From an uncultured virus (IMG/VR IMGVR_UViG_3300037512_001285) (taxonomy: Duplodnaviria > Heunggongvirae > Uroviricota > Caudoviricetes), in the IMG/VR virus record IMGVR_UViG_3300037512_001285, positions 53,987 to 73,986 of that record: DNA of 20,000 nucleotides; one strand, 5' to 3'. The position numbers were made by a program, and so were the translations under genes. Below the pieces are notes generated by a model. It was not told the DNA's origin. It did not search any database and worked only from the letters and a program-made list of their open reading frames with translations. This document shows positions 1 to 6,865 of this stretch, piece by piece. Every line of letters starts with the position of its first letter. Within the stretch, counting starts at the first letter, position 1.

Positions 1-119
1 ACCTTTTCTTTTTTAAGATTTAATAATTTGCCAATTTCTGAACAAGTCATTTGTTTATTGACATATAAATCAAACAGTTCTTCTTTTGTAATCGGAAAAT
101 TTTTAGTGGTGTCTTTCAT
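1..119 (-). CDS. 5' part of a gene running off the left edge; probable HTH-containing DNA-binding protein or homing endonuclease (MKDTTKNFPITKEELFDLYVNKQMTCSEIGKLLNLKK...)
   Basis: ATG at 119, open to the window edge, preceded by TTATTATTTA 3 nt upstream; 'KEELFDLY...TCSEIGKLL' resembles the HTH starts of free-standing phage endonucleases. Confidence 0.55.
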   Translation of the reverse strand, partial: MKDTTKNFPITKEELFDLYVNKQMTCSEIGKLLNLKKEK

Positions 120-122
120 GTA

Positions 123-132
123 TAAATAATAA
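123..132 (-). promoter_or_regulatory. TTATTATTTA motif (putative phage late promoter), 3 nt before ATG 119
   Basis: + strand catgtaTAAATAATAA; same motif recurs before six other genes. Confidence 0.6.
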
Positions 133-188
133 TAAAACAACCAATAAAAATAAATCAACCCACAGCCACCCGAGAATTTCAATCCAAT

Positions 189-220
189 AAAAAAAAAGAG
201 ATTGATTACTCAACCTCTTT
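189..220 (-). terminator. Rho-independent terminator overlapping the nrdD stop
   Basis: minus strand AAAGAGGTTGA-GTAA-TCAATCTCTTT followed by a long T run. Confidence 0.75.
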
Positions 221-2350
221 ACTATAGATTCGTTTTGATTCTTCTATCTTTCGAGCATTTTCAAAGTTTTTGACGGGGCGGAGATAACCAATAATTCTCG
301 TCCAATCGGTTACTTCCTCCGATCCACACACAGGACAAACACTAAAATGTCTCTTTTCAATATGATTGCAATGATCACAGGAACATTGCTTTATATTAAA
401 AGTATAGTAGTTTGTACCTTCACCAATTGCAAAATCCATCAACTTTAAGTATTGTTCTTTTGAAAGATGTGAATCCAGGTTGATGTGGCACCCAACACCA
501 CCAGAAAGATTCTTTACAAAATCTCTACCGTGCATTCTGAGTTTATCAAGAACTGAAGTCTTGGGGTCATCTGCAAGATAAAAATATGAATTGTAAAGAA
601 CTCTATCTTTAGGTACCCAATATCCATCTTCTCTGTCCCAGTTATAATTCTTTCCACCAAGGCTTTCTGCTGGCACAAACTCAAGATTCATCTTGTATTT
701 TTTATCCATTATCTTGTCTTCTTCTCTTGAGATCAGTCCGGTCAGATATTGACAAAATTCTTTATAATCATCATTACAACTACATTTCAAACCAACATAT
801 TCTGCAGCTTCATTAAATCCATTAACCCCTATTGTAGAGAACAATTTGTCCATTGTGATATATCCCGCCGTTGATGCAGACAACATTCCTTTCTTCTCTA
901 CATCATACAGAAGATTTTTATAAGCGATATGATATTTGATGACTCTGTTAACAATATCGCAAAAATATGATTCAAACTCATTTGTTTTGTAATTGCGCCT
1001 TTTAACAACAGGGTCTCCATTCCCAATGGATCTAAAATAATTTTGAATTATTCTGTTAAGATTTAACGTAATTACATTACACGACCCAGTGGCCACACCA
1101 GAGAGTCCGTTGGTAAAACTAAATTCTTTGGCGTCCGGTGACAGGGAATTGCGAAGCCTGCAACAGCTGGCCAGTGAGTCAGGACTATCAGAGAGATATA
1201 AGAAAAACGAATGCCCTTCTGACCACATTTCAGCGGTGAAGTTTTTGTATTCTTTATCAATAACATCTTGGCCATCTGTGAGAAGAGCCATAGTTTCAAC
1301 AGGGAATGTGAGAAGCGTCTTGCTTCTTTCATTATTAAACCACTTCATAAAATCTTTTTGTAACCAACTTACTCTTTCCCAAGATGGTTGTGTTCCGTCA
1401 GGAAAATAAAAGTTATCAAAAAGAGAATGCCAATAACCAGAATCATAATAAGAAATATTGGTGAATGGACTTTGGCTAGATCTGTTTCCGCTTGGTTGAT
1501 TCCAGCAATAAATCACTTGTTGGAATGCCTGATGAATTTTTCCGTGTATGGTTTTTCTATTTTTTACAAACTCGGTATCCGCCCAATCATCAAGATGATT
1601 TATGTAATCATCCCCAAATTCTTTTGTGCAGAAATAATCAAAGAAATTAAAAAACTCACCAAAAGCAACAGCACCTTTACATTGACTCGCTAAGAGAAAT
1701 GTTAAATTAACCAATTGACCACAAAATGAATTGAGATTTTTTGGAGCAACAATATTCAAACCATCCATATTTTTGGTTCCATCAATCAACAATGGATACA
1801 GAGTAACTGCTTCACAATAATTCTTTACTGAAGGAGAAGACGCCTCATCATGGATATAAATAATGTGATTGTTTATATCCTTCTCATATTGATCTGCAAC
1901 CTCTGGTGATGTTTTCTTTAATTCGCGACGCATTCTGTATCTATGACTTGCTCTGTTTGTGGTTTTATATACCTCACCATCGAGATTTGATACATTTTTG
2001 TTTGTAACGTTTGCATTTGGATCTGTTTCTGAAGAGGATGCGGCATTATCAGACGAATCCATATATTCATCCATATATTTGATTCTGTTTTTTATAAAAG
2101 ACAGATCTTCTCCATGTTTTATATATGAACGCGCTACTTTTTTATTGATAGACATCAGCTGATCCTCAACCATTTCACGAATGTCTGCTGTGGATATTCC
2201 ATCGAATATATCCAAGTTATTGACGATATCGTTAGCCAATCCTTCATCATATTTTTGTTTAGAATGTTTATAGGCAGCATATATGCCACTTTTTACTTTA
2301 CTGGGCTCGTAAAGTTCATACGAACCGTCACTCTTTCTAACATTAATCAT
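206..2350 (-). CDS. nrdD: Anaerobic (class III) ribonucleoside-triphosphate reductase with N-terminal ATP-cone
   Basis: ATP-cone-like start (VRKSDG..E.Y...K), IYIHD, NYC, SCCRLRN, GSCNVITLNL, C-terminal CxxC...CxxC and glycyl-radical loop TRIIGYLRPV; 714 aa uninterrupted. Confidence 0.97.
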   Translation of the reverse strand: MINVRKSDGSYELYEPSKVKSGIYAAYKHSKQKYDEGLANDIVNNLDIFDGISTADIREMVEDQLMSINKKVARSYIKHGEDLSFIKNRIKYMDEYMDSSDNAASSSETDPNANVTNKNVSNLDGEVYKTTNRASHRYRMRRELKKTSPEVADQYEKDINNHIIYIHDEASSPSVKNYCEAVTLYPLLIDGTKNMDGLNIVAPKNLNSFCGQLVNLTFLLASQCKGAVAFGEFFNFFDYFCTKEFGDDYINHLDDWADTEFVKNRKTIHGKIHQAFQQVIYCWNQPSGNRSSQSPFTNISYYDSGYWHSLFDNFYFPDGTQPSWERVSWLQKDFMKWFNNERSKTLLTFPVETMALLTDGQDVIDKEYKNFTAEMWSEGHSFFLYLSDSPDSLASCCRLRNSLSPDAKEFSFTNGLSGVATGSCNVITLNLNRIIQNYFRSIGNGDPVVKRRNYKTNEFESYFCDIVNRVIKYHIAYKNLLYDVEKKGMLSASTAGYITMDKLFSTIGVNGFNEAAEYVGLKCSCNDDYKEFCQYLTGLISREEDKIMDKKYKMNLEFVPAESLGGKNYNWDREDGYWVPKDRVLYNSYFYLADDPKTSVLDKLRMHGRDFVKNLSGGVGCHINLDSHLSKEQYLKLMDFAIGEGTNYYTFNIKQCSCDHCNHIEKRHFSVCPVCGSEEVTDWTRIIGYLRPVKNFENARKIEESKRIYSKEVE

Positions 2351-2375
2351 ATTGTAAAATATTTAATTTTCTGAG

Positions 2376-2410
2376 AAAAAATAGAGGCACCTGTAAAAAC
2401 AACTGCCTCT
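2376..2410 (-). terminator. Rho-independent terminator between the 156-aa gene and nrdD
   Basis: minus strand AGAGGCA...TGCCTCT stem followed by ATTTTTT. Confidence 0.65.
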
Positions 2411-2430
2411 GGTAAGGTATTTATTATGAA

Positions 2431-2901
2431 TTATTTACGTACAAATTTAAGATTTAAGTTTTGACAGGGGAAGATTTGTATTTCATCAAAGTCCCCATCT
2501 AACATATTTTGTTCCTGCCCAACCACATACCGGCCGTTCTTATAAATCTGAACAGAAACATGTTTATACTTCTCTGATAGGCTCGCTTGATAATATGGAT
2601 GTAATATCAAATTAAGATAATCCTTAAAGAGGTCTGTGGTCTCAGTATCCGGAGTAAATTTAATCTCATTAATTATTTTTAATAGCCCTCTGTATATTGT
2701 TTCATTCTCCGTATCACATTTAATTTTAGATTCTTTTCTAATTCTAACGGCACTCATATATTTTGAAAAGAATATCGTGTTGTGATCACTAAAATATGTA
2801 TTTAATATTGGAGATTCAACCAACTTAAATACGTCACCAAAGGTTAGATCTTTAGTGATATTCTTTTCTGTGTCAAATAGGCTTTCTACTAAACTCTTCA
2901 T
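2431..2901 (-). CDS. Hypothetical protein with MKSLVESLFD leader (candidate internal head protein)
   Basis: 156-aa ORF, ATGA-coupled to the upstream gene; leader nearly identical to the neighbour's. Confidence 0.8.
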   Translation of the reverse strand: MKSLVESLFDTEKNITKDLTFGDVFKLVESPILNTYFSDHNTIFFSKYMSAVRIRKESKIKCDTENETIYRGLLKIINEIKFTPDTETTDLFKDYLNLILHPYYQASLSEKYKHVSVQIYKNGRYVVGQEQNMLDGDFDEIQIFPCQNLNLKFVRK

Positions 2902-3413
2902 GACTTTACTTTGTCCTTTTGGTATAGACGTTCCTTATACCAACCAGGGAGTTTTTTAAGGGAATCACAATCATCAAACATACCATATATGTATTTTAGT
3001 TTACGGGGATTCCATTTCTCCAGATTTTGATTGAAACGTTCACATCCCTCAAACATGGATTCTGCATCTTTAAGATTACTTACATCCCACCCAGATATAT
3101 CACAGTTAAAATACTTACAATTACAGAACATTTCATACATGCATGTTACTTTCTTTGTATTCCACTTTGAGACATCATAGTTGTACAAATAATACGGTAT
3201 ATCACTTTCGGGATCATAGAATATATGTCCCATATCATCAACATCTTTGGTGTTTATCCAATTGAGATCAACAGTTTCTCCTTCTTTGGGGTTAACTGTT
3301 TTTAAGTATTCGTATACAGTCTGGTGTAACTCCTCCCAAGACTTTGGGTGAGCATTAAATGTGTCTTTAGAAATCAAATCCTTATCAAACAAACTCTCTG
3401 CTAAACTCTTCAT
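2898..3413 (-). CDS. DUF285/BspA-like repeat protein with MKSLAESLFD leader
   Basis: repeats DLNWINTKDVDDMGHIF, DVSKWNTKKVTCMYEMF, FNCDISGWDVSNLKDAESMF, FNQNLEKWNP; start moved from 3449 to ATG 3413 to match the paralogous leader. Confidence 0.85.
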   Translation of the reverse strand: MKSLAESLFDKDLISKDTFNAHPKSWEELHQTVYEYLKTVNPKEGETVDLNWINTKDVDDMGHIFYDPESDIPYYLYNYDVSKWNTKKVTCMYEMFCNCKYFNCDISGWDVSNLKDAESMFEGCERFNQNLEKWNPRKLKYIYGMFDDCDSLKKLPGWYKERLYQKDKVKS

Positions 3414-3453
3414 ACTAAACAATAAATTATTTAGATCTTTGATAATCAATTCA

Positions 3454-5154
3454 TTATCTTACTGCATAACCATGTCCATCGAGGATTGGACGAGCCAAGT
3501 CATTGATGACACATTGTTCGTGATTAGTTGTATACTTTATAGTTTCCTTCAATATGTCTTCGTCAGACATCCAGCCACGATAGTATTTAATATTAGTCAT
3601 AGCCACAGGCCACCCATGGATCTGACATTGTCCTTCAGAAATGAAATTACCCACAGTTTCGTTAGTGACATTATTGGCGGAGTTCTTCTTTAAAACGTAT
3701 GAAAGATTAAATGCTTTATTAAAGTCTCCTGTTTGATTAAATATGGGATTCTCAAAGTCCCACCAATACATTTCTGGTTTTAAAAGATAAGGAGGCATGT
3801 CACTACGATGAACATAAAGATATACATTCATATCAATAGTTAGGTTACGGGCATTCCATTTGAGAATAACCATATACGTACTAAACGGCTCAAGTTCTGC
3901 AGTAAAATCACTCCAAGATAAATAGAATTTTTCTCCATCCGAATTAACTGTAACGCTTATATCACCAAACCGCAATATTTCTTTTTCTGACAATACGGAA
4001 GGGTCACCGGGTGTCTCTATTATAAATGACAACCACCCAGCCTCTCCACATATAGGTTCTTGATAAATAACACAACCGTTTTCGTTTTTGAATCTATATA
4101 TATTTCTTGCAGTTATATTATTGTGGTGACAATACAATTTATCTTGTACTGTTATATAATCTATTTGATTGTATTCGTTTGCCGATATTTGTTTTCTTAC
4201 AGCATCCTCCATAAATATATCATATAAGTTTGTTGCCGAGAATCGTGGTGAACTCAACTGTGGGCTACCACTCTCTCTTTCTTGCTCAATAGTTTCTTTC
4301 TCACCAAATGTATCTTCATACTTATTCACAAGCCATCCATCAATTAAGTCGCTAAAGTCTCCCTTATCCACATTAGTCTTTTCATTATATTTGACTAAAG
4401 CTAATTTCCATGTAGTAGGTCTCCATAAGAGTCCTTCATTCTTTTCATCGTATGCGCTGTTAACTTCCCATAACCTCTTCATGAGTGGAACATAGACAAG
4501 GTCTCGTTGTTTTGGAAATGCTGTATCACCAAATGCTCTCGCAAACTGACTCTTACTTAACTCAGTCTCCCAGTCAATTTCCCAATCAAAATCAAAATCT
4601 GTGAGTTTTGGATTACTGGAAGGCATAGTACCATCAGGAATCATGAGTTTCATTTGTTTGATATCAACAACATTATGTAACGTCCACTCCTTGAAAGTAT
4701 AGTCAACAGATTCTGGATTTGGAGTCACTCGTAAGTAGTAAATGGGAATACCCAACATACATATAATTGAATCAGCCATTTGTTGTTGCAACTCTAATGC
4801 ACAATCAAGCCCCGTATATGGTTGGAAGAGATTACTTCCTTCACAAAAATCCTTTAAGAATGCATTACTCTGATCAAAGCAGATACTATAACAATTAGTA
4901 AGCATACCATTATAGTACACTTTACTCAATCCACCAAAGATTAAGATTCTCAAAAAGTAATCACTTTCGAGATTCTTTGCAAGTGTATTATACTGCATCC
5001 AACTAACCCAACTTGTCCAACAAGCCCCGTCAGTACTCCAACTGAACTGACACTCGGCTGTGACATCAACATCAAGATTATCTACGATCTTTACAGGACC
5101 ATAAACTACTGCTTCATTAAAGGTTATTATGCGTTTTATAGGACATCCAGTCAT
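3454..5154 (-). CDS. T4 gp14-like neck/head-completion protein with N-terminal extension and probable C-terminal LamG/ConA-like beta domain
   Basis: central block GIPIYYLR...D..FKEW...FDFDW...LSKSQF...PKQRDLVYVP..KRLWEV...WKLAL follows the gp14 pattern; C-terminal 'TNIKYYRGWMSDEDI' resembles LamG ends. Confidence 0.65.
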   Translation of the reverse strand: MTGCPIKRIITFNEAVVYGPVKIVDNLDVDVTAECQFSWSTDGACWTSWVSWMQYNTLAKNLESDYFLRILIFGGLSKVYYNGMLTNCYSICFDQSNAFLKDFCEGSNLFQPYTGLDCALELQQQMADSIICMLGIPIYYLRVTPNPESVDYTFKEWTLHNVVDIKQMKLMIPDGTMPSSNPKLTDFDFDWEIDWETELSKSQFARAFGDTAFPKQRDLVYVPLMKRLWEVNSAYDEKNEGLLWRPTTWKLALVKYNEKTNVDKGDFSDLIDGWLVNKYEDTFGEKETIEQERESGSPQLSSPRFSATNLYDIFMEDAVRKQISANEYNQIDYITVQDKLYCHHNNITARNIYRFKNENGCVIYQEPICGEAGWLSFIIETPGDPSVLSEKEILRFGDISVTVNSDGEKFYLSWSDFTAELEPFSTYMVILKWNARNLTIDMNVYLYVHRSDMPPYLLKPEMYWWDFENPIFNQTGDFNKAFNLSYVLKKNSANNVTNETVGNFISEGQCQIHGWPVAMTNIKYYRGWMSDEDILKETIKYTTNHEQCVINDLARPILDGHGYAVR

Positions 5155-5157
5155 GTA

Positions 5158-5167
5158 TAAATAATAA
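5158..5167 (-). promoter_or_regulatory. TTATTATTTA motif 3 nt before the neck-gene ATG
   Basis: catgtaTAAATAATAAaggaga, 22 bp identical to 6819-6840. Confidence 0.65.
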
Positions 5168-5168
5168 A

Positions 5169-5188
5169 GGAGACCCTTGTGGATCTCC
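5169..5188 (-). terminator. Terminator hairpin whose U-tract is the downstream motif
   Basis: minus strand GGAGATCC-ACAA-GGGTCTCC then TTTATTATTT. Confidence 0.7.
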
Positions 5189-5198
5189 CGTATCTTTT

Positions 5199-5600
5199 TT
5201 ATACAACCTCACTTGCTAGCTTTTGAGGATCACTTATCTTGAAGACATATTCCGATGGTCTACTTATTCTTTCAATTGATTCAGACCATGAATACCTACC
5301 TTCTTTTGGAAGGAAAAGAGCGATACTTACTTGTTTCTTTACAGCAATTGCTTTCCCTATATTAAGTCTCTTTCCTGTTCCCCAATGACCACCAGCATCC
5401 AAGAACACCACCCAATCACCGGGTTCAACCTTCCTACCGAGACAATCACATCCCGTTCCACTAATAGTTACGCCGCCGTTACCAACAAGCCAATCAATTA
5501 ATTGTTTCTCCCAGTTGGGTCCACTTTCGATGTTCTTATCAAGATCAAAGACGCTCTCGTCAACAGTAGCATCTGATATGTATTCTTTAATGTCTTTCAT
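5199..5600 (-). CDS. Hypothetical protein, leader MKDIKEYISDATVDESVFD; C-terminal half YopX/SH3-like
   Basis: ORF 5199..5633; ATG 5600 preferred because it begins the family leader (5633 possible); DCLGRKVEPGDWVVF resembles the D.lG.ei..GD.v beta-barrel motif. Confidence 0.75.
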   Translation of the reverse strand: MKDIKEYISDATVDESVFDLDKNIESGPNWEKQLIDWLVGNGGVTISGTGCDCLGRKVEPGDWVVFLDAGGHWGTGKRLNIGKAIAVKKQVSIALFLPKEGRYSWSESIERISRPSEYVFKISDPQKLASEVV

Positions 5601-5636
5601 ATTATCTTCCTTTTGTATATTTATTTTTGCCATTTC

Positions 5637-6170
5637 TTATACGAATATATTTTCAATTACATTTCCACCCATATCATATACAATACCTCCACAGAGTTCA
5701 GGATGCTTATTAACCATCTTTTTAATAATTGGTTCAGCTTCGCGGATGGCTTTATTATCCTCGCGCGCTTTAAGAATAACCCTATCATAGTCTGCCTCTG
5801 TAGCACTATCATGGAGTTCGTCTTCGTCCACATCACCATTTTCATAGTCAGTCAGAACATCAGGATCGTACTGAATAAATGCCACCTCGAACCCGTCTTG
5901 TGCTTCATTTAAAGACTCTGTGCAAACTTCTATATCATTTCTCTTAATAACATCATTGTCTAGGATAAAGTATGAAGCAATGAAAAGTTTTTTACAATCA
6001 TCTCCTTCTTTTTTATATACCGCCCAATTGTTTTTTGATGTTTTATGAACACATATATCTTTCATATCAATGTTTGGATCATATGCTTTACACATACCAA
6101 CAAACTCGCGATATTTGCGTTCACATCTATCAATATTGCCTTCGTTTATTATTTGAGCTAAATGTTTCAT
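5637..6170 (-). CDS. Hypothetical acidic protein with MKHLAQIINEG leader
   Basis: ORF 5637..6176 (MNMKHL...); start at 6170 or 6176; internal TESLNEA site. Confidence 0.8.
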   Translation of the reverse strand: MKHLAQIINEGNIDRCERKYREFVGMCKAYDPNIDMKDICVHKTSKNNWAVYKKEGDDCKKLFIASYFILDNDVIKRNDIEVCTESLNEAQDGFEVAFIQYDPDVLTDYENGDVDEDELHDSATEADYDRVILKAREDNKAIREAEPIIKKMVNKHPELCGGIVYDMGGNVIENIFV

Positions 6171-6188
6171 ATTCAATTAATTATATAT

Positions 6189-6821
6189 TTATTTCTTATC
6201 TTCATAAATAAAAAGAGTTACTTGAATACTATATTTTTCTTCGTTATAACTAGCTTTATCTGCAATCACATTCCAAAGAGCCACTTTCCATCCATCAATA
6301 TTCATAGTCGGTCTAGTATGTAACTGATTCAAATCTCTACCAGACAATACAATTTCTTGTTCATCCGTTACAAATGGTACATTTGAAAAGTCTTTCGTCT
6401 TGAAGAAATCCACGAGTGTTAAATACATCTTATTGATATATTCATACTCTGGCATTTTCTTATTTATGTTGTTATCAAACACACTTTCTTCAATAGTTGT
6501 ATTAAATAATTGTTCTATTGCTCGTGAAAGCGTGGACTTATTTATATTATTAGAGCCAAGATCAAGAGTGGTCATCAATACTATTTTATAACCGACATAC
6601 TTGGTATTCTCACTTTTGTATCTTACAATATCCCCTTTATTCCACCACCATTTTCCAGCATCCACCTTTTCCCAACTTGATAGATTATTATCTTTATGAT
6701 TTGGCCATTTTGGTAAAGTATCTACTAGTTCATCACATACTTCAGTTGCGACCTCTTTGTAGTTATCACTGGTCTTCCAGCGCCTCAATGCTTCGAATAT
6801 GTAATTTACTAAATGCTTCAT
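6189..6821 (-). CDS. Hypothetical protein with MKHLVNYIFEAL leader
   Basis: 210-aa ORF preceded by the motif; internal IEESVFD. Confidence 0.85.
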   Translation of the reverse strand: MKHLVNYIFEALRRWKTSDNYKEVATEVCDELVDTLPKWPNHKDNNLSSWEKVDAGKWWWNKGDIVRYKSENTKYVGYKIVLMTTLDLGSNNINKSTLSRAIEQLFNTTIEESVFDNNINKKMPEYEYINKMYLTLVDFFKTKDFSNVPFVTDEQEIVLSGRDLNQLHTRPTMNIDGWKVALWNVIADKASYNEEKYSIQVTLFIYEDKK

Positions 6822-6824
6822 GTA

Positions 6825-6834
6825 TAAATAATAA
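6825..6834 (-). promoter_or_regulatory. TTATTATTTA motif 3 nt before ATG 6821
   Basis: catgtaTAAATAATAAaggaga. Confidence 0.65.
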
Positions 6835-6835
6835 A

Positions 6836-6854
6836 GGAGATCATTTAGATCTCC
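6836..6854 (-). terminator. Portal-gene terminator fused to the motif
   Basis: perfect stem GGAGATC-TAAAT-GATCTCC then TTTATTATTT on the minus strand. Confidence 0.75.
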
Positions 6855-6865
6855 TAGATTTGAAT

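Noticed and set aside
206..2350. Intron or intein in nrdD
   Set aside because: ORF is continuous, of normal length, with no splicing motifs seen
121..6830. T4 late promoter TATAAATA acting on the + strand (121, 5156, 6823)
   Set aside because: It would point away from all genes, twice straight into a hairpin; the other four copies keep TAAATAATA but not the leading TA; antisense use cannot be fully excluded
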